Source: an uncultured delta proteobacterium (GTDB lineage: Bacteria > Myxococcota_A > Polyangia > Polyangiales > Polyangiaceae). Taken from it: DNA of 64,000 bases. The DNA is taken from contig CAVOKF010000008.1 in assembly GCA_963696385.1 (NCBI GenBank), forward strand, positions 544,001 to 608,000, written 5' to 3'. The position numbers and the translations under genes are program-made. The notes below the pieces were generated by a model that was not told the origin of the DNA, made no database searches, and saw only the letters and a list, made by a program, of their open reading frames with translations. Below are positions 1 through 9,452 of this stretch, piece after piece; the stretch's first letter is position 1; each line of letters starts with the position of its first letter.

Positions 1-526
1 AGGCCGGACGCGAAGGGCGAATCGATGGCAACCCGTGCCCGCCCGCCAGCTCGACGGCTTCCGCGAGGGAAGGCAATACGAGCGTCTGGATGGCCCGCTT
101 GAGGTGCAGCGGGTGAGTCGGTAGCGCGTAGACGACACAGCGGTTGTAGATGCCGGCGCTCGCCCGGGCGAGCATCGCCGCCGAGCCCACTTTGAATTCG
201 TCACGAAGCATCCCCCGGTACGCGTCGCCGAACCCCTCGACGTGTCGCTCGAACAACGCGTCGAGCGCGTCGCAGGTCGTGTCACGGGGCCCGATTCCGA
301 CCCCGCCGATCATCAGAATGGCATCGGCTTCGTTGTCGTTCGACACGTGGGATACGAGCTGGCGGATGTATTCCGGCTCGCCCCGCACGACGACGCTTCG
401 AACGAGCGTGAAATGGCCCGCGCTCACTTCGTCGACCGCCATCTTTGCCGCCTCGTCCGCGGCGCGGGACCGAAGCGTCGCCACGGCAGCGACCATCACG
501 CGCGGCACGGTTCGTTCGACCGTCAT
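1..526 (-). CDS. MoaB/MogA-like molybdopterin-binding family protein, divergent; stop lies beyond the window edge
   Basis: Not in ORF track. Manual translation from ATG 526: MTVERTVPRVMVAAV...DAILMIGGVGIGPRDTTCDALDALFERHVEGFGDAYR...MLARASAGIYNRCVVYALPTHP, matching the MoaB/MogA GGTGxxxRDxT...GFGExxR...SRAxAG...LPG pattern. Confidence 0.7.
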   Translation of the reverse strand, partial: MTVERTVPRVMVAAVATLRSRAADEAAKMAVDEVSAGHFTLVRSVVVRGEPEYIRQLVSHVSNDNEADAILMIGGVGIGPRDTTCDALDALFERHVEGFGDAYRGMLRDEFKVGSAAMLARASAGIYNRCVVYALPTHPLHLKRAIQTLVLPSLAEAVELAGGHGLPSIRPSRPA

Positions 527-562
527 ATTCACGATAATCGGGCCGGATCACGACAATGTCCA

Positions 563-2389
563 TCACAGTTCGTCGTCGATCTCGATTCCCACGGCTCGCA
601 TGAGACGCAACGCATTGGAACTTCGTACGACGCCCGGGCGCAGGGCGTAATCGAACGACATTTGGGTCCCGTCGACTTGCTCTTCGAAGTGGACATTCTC
701 GACGCGCCCCGGCAGATCGCGCTCGAGGGCGGTGATCCCGAGATCGTGGGTGGACACGGCGCCCAGGGCACGGTGCGCCAATAGGTCGCGCACGACCGCA
801 CCGGCGCCGCGCACGCGCTCTCGGGAATTGGTGCCGTGAAGGACTTCGTCGAGCAGGAAAAAAACGGCGACGCCGTCGCGCTGCCGCGCCAGATCGACGA
901 TCCGCTTGAGGCGCAGGACCTCGGCGTAAAAGTGCGACACTCCCTGCGACAGCGAGTCTTCGAGACGCATGCTCGTCGCGATGCGCATGGGGCCGATGCG
1001 CATCGAGCGAGCGCACACCGGGGCGCCCGCGCACGCGAGTACGGCGTTGATGCCCATGGCCCGGAGCAGCGTGCTTTTTCCGGACATGTTCGAGCCGGTG
1101 ACGACCAGCGCGCGGCCGGCCTCGGGCAACCGAACGTCGTTGCCCACACGGCGACCGGCGGGGATCAGCGGATGACCCAAGGAACGCGCCTCGAACATCG
1201 GCTCGGCCGTCGTTTCCGGCCAGGCAAAGTCGGGGTGCTCGAACGCGAACGCGGCGAGGCTCGCCAACGCCTCGATCTCGCCCAACGCATCGAGCCAACC
1301 GCGCAGGCGCGGGCCGACGCGCGCACGCCAGCGCAGCAGCGCCACCGCGCAATGCACGTCCCACATGAGCAGCGGACCGATCACGAACCGGAACACTTCG
1401 TTGCGACGCGCGTCGACAAAGCCGACGATGCGCTCGAGCGCCGCCATTTCGGCGCTCGCGGAAGGCCCCGGACCGGCCAGCCGGCCGCGCAAATTCAGCA
1501 AAAGCGGCGCCTCGAATCGCTCGCGTTCGACCGTCGCCAACGTGGCACGCCAGCGCGTAGCCAACGATTCGCGCGCCGACACGGTGGCGAGAAGCGCGTT
1601 GAGTCGGGAACCAAGGGCCAGGGCCAAGGCCATTTCCGCGAGCACCGCCACCGTGAGGGTGCTGGAGGCCACGTGCGCGCTCGCCCCCAGCGCAAAGCCG
1701 ACGCCCAGCAGCGCCGGAACGACCCACGCCAGCCCAACCACCGCCGGGTGGATCTCGCCCCCGGTTCCCTCCGCCCACCGAATCAGCGGCAAAGGATCGG
1801 GCTTTTCGTCCGACAGGACCCCTGCGGCCGTAGCCAGGGCCTCTCGGAGCGCCACCCGGGGAGCGAGCTCACGCGCCGCGTTGCCCCGGGCGATCGCATC
1901 GTTCGGCCAGTCCCCGGGACTTTGCAACGAAAGGAGTGCGGCGAGTCGCTCTTGGCCGAAGCGCGTCTCGGTCGCATCCACCACCTGCATCAGCGAGGCC
2001 CGCCCGAAGACGTCGAGATCGTGGGTGAAAGGGTGATCGGCGGCGCGAAACCGGTCGCTGTCCGACGGCAGAGCGTCCCAGGCCAGGGCGAGCCGGCAAA
2101 GGCCCCGATCGTGAAAGCGCGCCGCGGCGAGCGCCCGCTCTTTGGCCTTTTCGGTCTGGGCATGCACCACCACGAGGGTCACGAAAACGAGCGCCAACGC
2201 ACCGAGCGCATCCCATGCCCAGGCGCCCTGGCGCCCCCACACGACGCTCGCGATCAGCGCGAGGGCGGCCGCCGCCACCGACAATCGTGCCGCCCCGAGC
2301 GCTTTCTCCCGCGACTCGAGGGCGGTGGCCGCTCGGACGTGGCTTTCCCGACCGCGTTCGTACGTGGTCCGAGCGTCGGGTTCGGTCAT
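563..2389 (-). CDS. Membrane-anchored MutS-related ATPase (MutS domain V only)
   Basis: GHPLI, TGSNMSGKSTLLR (Walker A), DSLSQGVSHFYAEV, LLDEVLHGTNSRER, STHD; N-terminal TM segments; no mismatch-binding domain. ATG 2389 overlaps the upstream stop (ATGA). Confidence 0.9.
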   Translation of the reverse strand: MTEPDARTTYERGRESHVRAATALESREKALGAARLSVAAAALALIASVVWGRQGAWAWDALGALALVFVTLVVVHAQTEKAKERALAAARFHDRGLCRLALAWDALPSDSDRFRAADHPFTHDLDVFGRASLMQVVDATETRFGQERLAALLSLQSPGDWPNDAIARGNAARELAPRVALREALATAAGVLSDEKPDPLPLIRWAEGTGGEIHPAVVGLAWVVPALLGVGFALGASAHVASSTLTVAVLAEMALALALGSRLNALLATVSARESLATRWRATLATVERERFEAPLLLNLRGRLAGPGPSASAEMAALERIVGFVDARRNEVFRFVIGPLLMWDVHCAVALLRWRARVGPRLRGWLDALGEIEALASLAAFAFEHPDFAWPETTAEPMFEARSLGHPLIPAGRRVGNDVRLPEAGRALVVTGSNMSGKSTLLRAMGINAVLACAGAPVCARSMRIGPMRIATSMRLEDSLSQGVSHFYAEVLRLKRIVDLARQRDGVAVFFLLDEVLHGTNSRERVRGAGAVVRDLLAHRALGAVSTHDLGITALERDLPGRVENVHFEEQVDGTQMSFDYALRPGVVRSSNALRLMRAVGIEIDDEL

Positions 2390-2655
2390 GCCGCGCGAGA
2401 GGCGCGACGCGAGGAGATGCGAGCGGGAGGTGCAGCCGGAAGAAGAGCAATCGCAACCGCAAGGCCCGACATGGTCAGCCGAGCCTCGCAGGTCCCGCGG
2501 ATTTCCACCAGCCCACCGGCCCGCAGCCGCCGCATGGACGCTCGCACCTGGGAAGCCGTTCCGCCCACACGTAAGGCGAGCGCGTCGTCTGCCGCCGCCT
2601 CGCGGCGCCGCGCCAGCCGCAACATCGCGCGAAGTATATTTGCGTCGATACTCAT
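2386..2655 (-). CDS. Small winged-helix DNA-binding protein (putative)
   Basis: MSIDANILRAMLRLARR...LALRVGGTASQVRASMRRLRAGGLVEIRG...RLTMSGLAVA has a wHTH-like pattern; ATGA-coupled to the MutS-like gene. Confidence 0.65.
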   Translation of the reverse strand: MSIDANILRAMLRLARRREAAADDALALRVGGTASQVRASMRRLRAGGLVEIRGTCEARLTMSGLAVAIALLPAAPPARISSRRASRAA

Positions 2656-2676
2656 GAGCGTCCTCATAGTCCGATA

Positions 2677-2692
2677 CTGAACACACGTCCAG
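2677..2692. promoter_or_regulatory. Putative LexA (SOS) box
   Basis: CTGAAC-ACAC-GTCCAG near-palindrome; reverse complement CTGGACGTGTGTTCAG closely fits the Myxococcus-type LexA consensus as I recall it (CTRHAMRYBYGTTCAGS); ~20 nt upstream of ATG 2655. Confidence 0.6.
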
Positions 2693-2800
2693 AAACCCAC
2701 CCAAACCGAACGCCCGAATGGGGCCCCTGAGCCGCGACACTGCGCGGCCGAACGGAACCCGAAGCGAACGGCGAAGCGCTCATGGTATGCCGTGGCCCCT

Positions 2801-3589
2801 ATGCCCGAGCGACTGCTGGTGTTGCTCTCGAACGACGATGGATACGCGAGTCCTGGCATTGGCGCAGCGCGCGCCGCGCTGGTGGCCGCCGGTGCCGAGG
2901 TCGTTACATTGGCCCCGGAGTCCGAACAGAGTGCGTCGAGTCACTCGCTCAGCCTACACCGTCCGCTCCGCTTGCGCGCAGTGAGTGCGGGGGTCTTCGC
3001 GCTCGACGGCACCCCGGCCGACTGCGTTTATCTCGCACTCCATGCCGGGACCCGCGTCTTGCCGCGACGGCCGGATCTGGTGGTCGCGGGCGTCAACCAC
3101 GGGATGAACCTCGGCCAGGACGCATTCTATTCCGGCACGATTGCCGCGGCGCGCGAGGGGGCTCTGCGCGGAATTCCAGCGCTGGCGGTGAGCGCGCATC
3201 CTTCTGTCGATCTCGACGTCGCGGCCGAATTCAGCGCACGGGTCGCCCTCGCCCTTTCGCGCGTCGCGCTCGGACGCGGCCTGCTGCTCAATCTGAACAT
3301 CCCGCCCGAGTGGAATGGCACCCTGCGCGCCACCCGGCTCGGATCGCGCATTTACGACGAGGTGACGGACTTCCGGGTCGACCCTCGCCAACGCGAGTAC
3401 GTCTGGCTCGGGGGCCCGGGCGTTCGGCACGAGCGCGACGCAGGATCCGACACCGACGCCTACGACGAGGGGGTTGCTTCCTTGACTCCGCTTCTGCTCG
3501 ACCTGACCCACACGGTGGACGTGCCCATGGTCGCATCGCTGATCGAGCAGATCCCATCGATCGTGCCGATTCCACCCCGGACCGGGTGA
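2801..3589 (+). CDS. surE: 5'/3'-nucleotidase SurE
   Basis: LLSNDDGY, APESEQSASSHSLS, GTPADCV, GVNHGMNLG, YSGTIAAAREG motifs. Confidence 0.95.
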   Translation: MPERLLVLLSNDDGYASPGIGAARAALVAAGAEVVTLAPESEQSASSHSLSLHRPLRLRAVSAGVFALDGTPADCVYLALHAGTRVLPRRPDLVVAGVNHGMNLGQDAFYSGTIAAAREGALRGIPALAVSAHPSVDLDVAAEFSARVALALSRVALGRGLLLNLNIPPEWNGTLRATRLGSRIYDEVTDFRVDPRQREYVWLGGPGVRHERDAGSDTDAYDEGVASLTPLLLDLTHTVDVPMVASLIEQIPSIVPIPPRTG

Positions 3590-3609
3590 GGCGGCGGGAG
3601 GAGCAGACC

Positions 3610-4281
3610 ATGGCGTCCAAGAAGCAACGGATCCCTCGACGGGCAGCGCGCCCCGCCGCCGGCGGCGCAAAGCGAACCGGCGGCGCGAAGCGAGCGAAGA
3701 AATCGAAGAGGGCGCCCCGCCCCCTATCCCCCACCCTTCCGCTCGTAGCGCGCCCCATCGCGAGCTTCGACTACTGCCGCTCCCTCATCCGCGACGTTCC
3801 CGATTTTCCGACCCCCGGCATCGTCTTCAAGGACATCACACCTCTTTTGGCGAGCCCGCGCGCCTTGCACATCGTGCTCGACGGGATCGCCGAACGCTTC
3901 ATCGGCGAGCACATCGATGTCATCGTCGGCATCGAAGCCCGTGGCTTCATCTTTGGAGGCGCGCTCGCGGCCCGCCTCAACGCGAGCTTCGTCCCAGCGC
4001 GCAAGCCCGGCAAGTTGCCCGCGGCCGTCGACCATGTCGACATCGTCACCGAGTACAGTCGGGACGCTCTCGAAATGCACAAGAAGAGCATGCCGGAGGG
4101 TGCACGCGTGCTCGTGGTCGACGACGTTCTGGCCACCGGGGGCACGGCCGGCGCCGCGGCCGAGCTCGTGCACAAGCAGGGCGGCTACGTGATCGGATAC
4201 GCCTTCGTCGTGGAGCTCTCCGCGCTGGGAGGACGAGAGCGCCTGCTGCCGCTGCGCGTCGAGAGCTGCATCCCGTATTGA
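3610..4281 (+). CDS. apt: Adenine phosphoribosyltransferase with basic N-terminal extension
   Basis: IRDVPDFPTPGIVFKDITPLL, GIEARGF, RKPGKLP, VVDDVLATGGT (PRPP loop); GAGGAG RBS before ATG 3610. Confidence 0.95.
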   Translation: MASKKQRIPRRAARPAAGGAKRTGGAKRAKKSKRAPRPLSPTLPLVARPIASFDYCRSLIRDVPDFPTPGIVFKDITPLLASPRALHIVLDGIAERFIGEHIDVIVGIEARGFIFGGALAARLNASFVPARKPGKLPAAVDHVDIVTEYSRDALEMHKKSMPEGARVLVVDDVLATGGTAGAAAELVHKQGGYVIGYAFVVELSALGGRERLLPLRVESCIPY

Positions 4282-4336
4282 GGTTGGGGGGCAGAAGGGC
4301 CGGCGGGACGTGTCCGATGGCGCGAGGTGCGCAATC

Positions 4337-4354
4337 TGACCCTATTAGTGGTCA
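4337..4354. promoter_or_regulatory. Inverted repeat, putative antitoxin operator
   Basis: TGACC-CTATTAGT-GGTCA immediately before ATG 4356 of the Phd/YefM gene. Confidence 0.5.
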
Positions 4355-4355
4355 A

Positions 4356-4769
4356 ATGAAGTCTGTCGCTGTGTCCGAGTTCAAGTCGCACTGCCTCTCT
4401 CTTCTCGAGGACGTGGCTCGGACGGGTGAACCGCTGCTCGTCACAAAACGGGGCCGACCTCTCGCGCGGATCACCCCGAGCGGAAACATCGCGGTCGCCC
4501 GACCCCAAGACACGCTCCGCGGGAGCGTCTCCTACGAGGGGGACTTGCTCGCGCCCGTCCTGCCGCCTGAAGCCTGGAACGCCGTGCGCGGCATCGTGCT
4601 TCCCGACGACGAGGGAAGGCGCGATGGTCGCGGTCGCGGTCGCGGTCGCGGTCGCGGGTCGAGGTCGGGGTCGGGATCGAGGTCGGGGTCGGGATCGAGA
4701 TCGAGGTCGGGGTCGGGATCGGGATCGAGGTCGCGGTCGCGGTCGGGGTCGGGGTCGAGATCGGGGTAA
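4356..4769 (+). CDS. Phd/YefM family antitoxin (orphan), C-terminus extended by repeat-encoded GR/GS/RS tail
   Basis: MKSVAVSEFKSHCLSLLEDVARTGEPLLVTKRGRPLARITP is a typical Phd N-terminus; no toxin gene follows. Confidence 0.85.
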   Translation: MKSVAVSEFKSHCLSLLEDVARTGEPLLVTKRGRPLARITPSGNIAVARPQDTLRGSVSYEGDLLAPVLPPEAWNAVRGIVLPDDEGRRDGRGRGRGRGRGSRSGSGSRSGSGSRSRSGSGSGSRSRSRSGSGSRSG

Positions 4770-4791
4770 GGTCGGGGTCGTCGCGGTCGGG
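4626..4791. repeat. Degenerate hexanucleotide tandem repeat (GGTCGC/GGTCGG/GATCGG/GGTCGA)n
   Basis: Directly visible 6-bp periodic tract. Confidence 0.9.
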
Positions 4792-4793
4792 AT

Positions 4794-5585
4794 TCAGTGT
4801 AGGGCGGCGCGCTGTCGCGCTACGTTGACGGGCGGGGCCCCGAGCTCTTCGGCGTGATCGAGGGCCCGCTTCGCCTCGTCGGTTCGACCCAGCTTCGAGA
4901 GCGCCCACGCGCGGCCGAGCTCAGCCGGAGCAAAACGCGGCCGGCGTATGAGCAGCTCGTCGTACGCGTGGAGCGCCGCTTGTGCGTCCCCTCGCGTGAG
5001 CGCGACGGTCGCCAGGCCCAGCCACCCCTCGGGAGCACCCGGATCGGCTGCAGCCGCCTCGCGGTACGCTTGCTCGGCGCGATCGAAGTCGGCAAGGTTC
5101 AAGCGGACCAGGCCCAAAGTGTGCCAGGTTTCGGCATCGCGCGCGCCGCGGCGTACGGCCTCATCCAGTCGCGACGCCGCCTGCTCGGCTTCCCCCCAGT
5201 GCGCGCATCGAAGACCGCCTTCGCGAGGCCCGTCCGGCCGCAACGGAGCGACCGCCGCCGCGCGGTCGTAGGCCTCGAGCGCTTCGTCGTATCGATGGGC
5301 GAGTTCGAGCGCGTGCCCGAGCTCGATGTAGGGCGACGGATCGGCGACCGGCAACCGCTCGGCGAGATGTTCCACCTCGGCGCGGGCGCCGAGCATGTCG
5401 CCGGTCAGCGCCAGCACGCGCACCAGCAGTCGGCGCGCAGCGATGTCCTCCGGGTGAGCGCGCAGCCGGTCTCGGAGCGCCCGGACGGCCTCGTCCTCGC
5501 GATGCCGGCGCACGAGCGACTGGGCGGTCTCGGTCGCGCTGGGGTGCGCGCAGCCTGCCCCGAGGGCGAGTGCGAGCCAAAGCAT
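4794..5585 (-). CDS. TPR-repeat lipoprotein
   Basis: Lipobox-like LALGAGC; repeated TPR patterns (ELGHALELAHRYDEALEAYDRA; WHTLGLVRLNLADFDRAEQAYREA). Start uncertain. Confidence 0.8.
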   Translation of the reverse strand: MLWLALALGAGCAHPSATETAQSLVRRHREDEAVRALRDRLRAHPEDIAARRLLVRVLALTGDMLGARAEVEHLAERLPVADPSPYIELGHALELAHRYDEALEAYDRAAAVAPLRPDGPREGGLRCAHWGEAEQAASRLDEAVRRGARDAETWHTLGLVRLNLADFDRAEQAYREAAAADPGAPEGWLGLATVALTRGDAQAALHAYDELLIRRPRFAPAELGRAWALSKLGRTDEAKRALDHAEELGAPPVNVARQRAALH

Positions 5586-5620
5586 GGTATGCCGCGGCGC
5601 GACCATCGGGAGATCCGGGG

Positions 5621-6499
5621 ATGATGGCACAAGCCGACGAAATCAAGACACTCGGGGTATTGGGCGCCGGGCAAATGGGAACCGGCATCGCGCAGGTGGC
5701 GGCGACCCACGCCATCCAGGTCGTGCTGGCCGACGCCACGCTTCCGGCCGCGGACCGGGCGAAGGAAGCGATCGCGACCGCGCTCGAGAGGCAAGTGCAC
5801 AAGGGCAAGATGACGGGCCACGCCAAGGACGCCGCGCTCGACCGCATCCGCACGGCAAGCGGGAGCGCGGGCTTCGCCTCGTGCGATTTCATCGTCGAGG
5901 CCGCGACCGAGCGCCTCGACATCAAGATCGCCCTGCTTCGGGAGTGCGATCGCGTCCTGCCACCGGGCAAATGGATCGCGAGCAACACATCGAGCCTGTC
6001 GCTCACGCAGCTTGCGGCCGCGACGTCGCGTCCCAGTCGGGTGATCGGCATGCATTTCATGAATCCGCCGCCATTGATGAAGCTCGTCGAGATCGTTCGC
6101 GGCGTTCAGACGAGCGACGAGACGTACGCGGTCACCAAGGCCCTGGCCGATCGACTGGACAAGACGACGATCGTCAGCCGCGACTCGCCGGGATTTCTGG
6201 TCAATCGCGTGCTCATCCCCATGCTTTGCGAGGCGTGCTTTGCGCTGCAAGAGGGCGTCGGAACGCCGGAGGACATCGACCGCGCCGCCAAGCTTGGCCT
6301 CAATCACCCGATGGGACCGCTCGAATTGAGCGACCTCATCGGACTCGACACGGTCCTGTCGATCGCGGAAGTGCTGCATCGCGACATCGGCGACGACAAG
6401 TACCGCCCCCCCACTCTGCTTCGCAATCTGGTGGCAGCCGGCTGGCTCGGACGAAAGACCGGACGCGGTTTTTACTCCTACGACGGCACAGCCGGGTGA
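5621..6499 (+). CDS. hbd: 3-hydroxybutyryl-CoA dehydrogenase
   Basis: GVLGAGQMGTGIAQ, EAATE, SNTSS, GMHFMNP, PGFLVNR, NHPMGPL, GRKTGRGFY. Confidence 0.93.
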   Translation: MMAQADEIKTLGVLGAGQMGTGIAQVAATHAIQVVLADATLPAADRAKEAIATALERQVHKGKMTGHAKDAALDRIRTASGSAGFASCDFIVEAATERLDIKIALLRECDRVLPPGKWIASNTSSLSLTQLAAATSRPSRVIGMHFMNPPPLMKLVEIVRGVQTSDETYAVTKALADRLDKTTIVSRDSPGFLVNRVLIPMLCEACFALQEGVGTPEDIDRAAKLGLNHPMGPLELSDLIGLDTVLSIAEVLHRDIGDDKYRPPTLLRNLVAAGWLGRKTGRGFYSYDGTAG

Positions 6500-6514
6500 G
6501 GATACGGGTCCACC

Positions 6515-7291
6515 ATGCCTGTCCTCGACGTCGATCGACAAGACCCCATCGCCGTATTCACGCTCAACCGGCCCGACAAGCTCAACGCCCTGAACGAAGA
6601 GGTGTTTCGCGAAATGCTCGAGGCGATCGACGCGATCGACCGGACGCCTGCCGTGCGCGCCGTGATCGTGACGGGCGCCGGCGACAAGGCCTTCGCCGCC
6701 GGCGCCGACATCGCCGCGATGACGGAGATGAGCTCGGCCGAGGCCAAGCGATTCGCCGATCTCGGGCATCGGGTCGGGAGGGCACTCGAGTCCGCCCGGA
6801 TTCCGTTCATCGCGGCGGTGAACGGCTTCGCGCTCGGAGGCGGTTGCGAACTCGCGATGGCGTGCGACTTCATTTACGCGAGCGACAAGGCCAAGATCGG
6901 ACAACCCGAGGTCAACCTGGGCGTCGTGCCGGGTTTCGGCGGAACCCAGCGGCTGTCGCGCCGGGTGGGAGCCGGCCGGGCGCTGGAGCTTTGCATGACC
7001 GGCGAGATTCTCGGGGCCGAAGCGGCGCTCCGCATCGGGTGGGTGGACGCCGTCGTGCCGCACGACCAGCTCCGAGCCCACGCGGAGCGCGTCGCGCGCA
7101 CGATCGCCAGCAAGGCGCCGCTCGCGATTGCGGCGATCAAGCGGACGATTGTCCGCGGTCAAGACGTCGCTCTGTCGACCGCCAACGAGCTCGAGGCGGC
7201 GACCTTCGCGTCTCTCTTCGGCACCCACGATCAGCGCGAAGGAATGCGAGCGTTCGTCGAGAAGCGCCCCCCGCAGTTCACAGGATCGTAA
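6515..7291 (+). CDS. crt: Enoyl-CoA hydratase (crotonase family)
   Basis: LNRPDKLNAL, AFAAGADI, VNGFALGGGCELAMACD, GQPEVNLGVVPGFGGTQRL. Confidence 0.9.
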   Translation: MPVLDVDRQDPIAVFTLNRPDKLNALNEEVFREMLEAIDAIDRTPAVRAVIVTGAGDKAFAAGADIAAMTEMSSAEAKRFADLGHRVGRALESARIPFIAAVNGFALGGGCELAMACDFIYASDKAKIGQPEVNLGVVPGFGGTQRLSRRVGAGRALELCMTGEILGAEAALRIGWVDAVVPHDQLRAHAERVARTIASKAPLAIAAIKRTIVRGQDVALSTANELEAATFASLFGTHDQREGMRAFVEKRPPQFTGS

Positions 7292-7466
7292 CGGTTGCGA
7301 CGGTCACGTCGCCGAGCCGAGGCCCCCAAGCGCCCCCGGTTGGACGGGTGCCGGCCACGCGCCAGGCGCGTTTCACCCCGGGCGACGCGACGCGAGGTTG
7401 GCGCCACGAGCGGCACGTGGCATCGTCCGCACCGGGCGCGATCGTGGCCCCGGAGAAGCCCATCCG

Positions 7467-9452
7467 TTGGATGCTCGCGCGATCCTCGTCTGCGGCCTTG
7501 GGAGGCTTGGGCAGCACGTCGTCGCGAGTCTGAAGGAGTTCGGCCTGCCGCTCTATGGCTTGGACCTCCGAACCCCCGACGACTCGGACGTCCCGGAGCT
7601 GCGTGCGATGCTCGACTCGTTCGCGATCGGCGACTGCCGGCTGGCGTCGCACCTGCAGAAGGCGGGCGTGGAAACCTGCCGCGCCATCGTGATCGCGACC
7701 GGAGACGAGCGCGTCAACGTGACCGCCGCACTCGCGGCGCGATCGGTCAGCGCCAACGTCCGCATCGTTCTGCGGAGCGACAAGCGCAACTTGAACGAAC
7801 TGCTGCAGCGGCACTTGGGCAACTTCGTGGCCTTTGACCCCACCCTGCTGTCGGCTCCGGCGTTCGCGCTGGGCGCTCTCGGCGGCGAGACGCTCGGCAT
7901 CGTGCGGCTGGACCGCGAGATCGCCCGGGTCCACCGCGTGACGGTGACCGGCGACCACCCCTGGCTCGGGCGCAGGCCGCATCAGCTGAATACGTCGTAT
8001 CGACGCGTGCTCACCACACACCCTGCGGGCTGCATGCCGTGGGCTGGCTTTCACGCGTTTCCCTCCGACGAGCCCCTCGGCGTGGACGACGTCGTCACGT
8101 GCGTCGAGCTCGGAGCCCATTCGCCCCATTCGGCGCCGCGGTCCGCCGAGGTCGGCTCCGCACTGCCGACTCACTCGTTCGGAACCGGCGAAAGGCGTAA
8201 CGGCCGGAGTCTCGGCAGACTGTGGCGGCAGGCCCCCCAGATCGCTCGGGTGGCGATGTTTTGCTCGGCCGTCCTATGTGCGCTCGGGCTCGGCGTGATC
8301 GCCTCGTACAAGATGATCTATCCGGATGTCGGGTTCCACGATGCCGCCAACGTCGCCGTCGTGCTGCTGCTTGGCGGTTACGACAACCTGTTCGGGCAAC
8401 TCAAGCTGCCCTTCCCCATCCCCGTTTGGCTTCACGCCTTCAGCGTGCTCGTCAGCGTCTCGGGAACGGTGGGCATCGGCGTCGTGTATGCGTTCTTGAC
8501 CGAGCGGGTGCTGTCGGTTCGCTTTCCGTTCTTCTTGCACCGTGCTCGGCTGCCCAGAAACGACCACGTCGTTCTCGTCGGTCTGAGCGCGCTCGGCATC
8601 GAAATCGCAAAAATATTGAGCGGATTGAAGCACTCGGTCGTGGCCATCGGCGAGCAGACCCCGGACCCCAGCGTGACGGCCAGCATCCCTTGCATCCTTG
8701 GAGGCGCCGTGGACTCGCTTTCGCGGGCTCGCATCGCGTCGGCGCGCAGCGCCCTGCTGCTCACCGACGACGACGTGACCAACCTCGAGGCCGCGCTGTC
8801 GGTACGCGCCGCGAATCCCGCTTGTGCTCTCGTCATCCGCACCGACGACGCGCGCTTGCGGGAGAGTGTGGCGCACATGGTGCCTGGAGCGCGTCCACTC
8901 GGCGTGCTGGCGCTTGCCGCCCAGGCCTTCGCGGCCGCCGCGCTGGGCGAAAATGTCCACGAGCTCTTGCAGGTCGACGGCCGAACTCTGCTCGTGACGG
9001 AGTATCGGGTGCAAGCGGGCGACACCCTGAACGCCAAGCTGGTGAGCGACGTGGCCTACGGCTTCGGGGTCCTGCCCCTGCTGCTTCGCCGCCACGAGAC
9101 CGCGGCCGTCGAGTGGCTGGCCCCCGACGACACGCGGCTGCGCGTGCACGACACGCTGGTCGTACTCGCCGCCGTGGAAGGGCTGCGAAATATCGAACAG
9201 GGATCGATCCTGGCTGCCGAGTACCGCGTGCGCGTCGAGGCGAGGCCGTCGCAGCCCGCGGCGTTCGACGCGGCTCTGCTCATGGCGCGGATGTCCGGCT
9301 GCGAAGTGGCCGTCGCCCGAGCCGCGCTCGACCAAGCCCCGGCCCTATTCGACGTCGCGCTCTATCGCCCTCAGGCCGAGCGACTCGCGCGCGAACTCGC
9401 CAAGAACGGCGTCGACGCCCGGGTCACATTCGAAGCGGCCGAGTCGCGATGA
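7467..9452 (+). CDS. TrkA-N/RCK domain potassium-channel-like membrane protein
   Basis: Two RCK-like NAD-binding modules ([21 protein letters not shown]...[10 protein letters not shown]) flank a TM region. Start (TTG 7467) uncertain. Confidence 0.8.
   Translation: MDARAILVCGLGRLGQHVVASLKEFGLPLYGLDLRTPDDSDVPELRAMLDSFAIGDCRLASHLQKAGVETCRAIVIATGDERVNVTAALAARSVSANVRIVLRSDKRNLNELLQRHLGNFVAFDPTLLSAPAFALGALGGETLGIVRLDREIARVHRVTVTGDHPWLGRRPHQLNTSYRRVLTTHPAGCMPWAGFHAFPSDEPLGVDDVVTCVELGAHSPHSAPRSAEVGSALPTHSFGTGERRNGRSLGRLWRQAPQIARVAMFCSAVLCALGLGVIASYKMIYPDVGFHDAANVAVVLLLGGYDNLFGQLKLPFPIPVWLHAFSVLVSVSGTVGIGVVYAFLTERVLSVRFPFFLHRARLPRNDHVVLVGLSALGIEIAKILSGLKHSVVAIGEQTPDPSVTASIPCILGGAVDSLSRARIASARSALLLTDDDVTNLEAALSVRAANPACALVIRTDDARLRESVAHMVPGARPLGVLALAAQAFAAAALGENVHELLQVDGRTLLVTEYRVQAGDTLNAKLVSDVAYGFGVLPLLLRRHETAAVEWLAPDDTRLRVHDTLVVLAAVEGLRNIEQGSILAAEYRVRVEARPSQPAAFDAALLMARMSGCEVAVARAALDQAPALFDVALYRPQAERLARELAKNGVDARVTFEAAESR

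Noticed and set aside
4626..4791. Possible CRISPR array
   Set aside because: 6-bp periodic simple repeat with no unique spacers and no cas genes.
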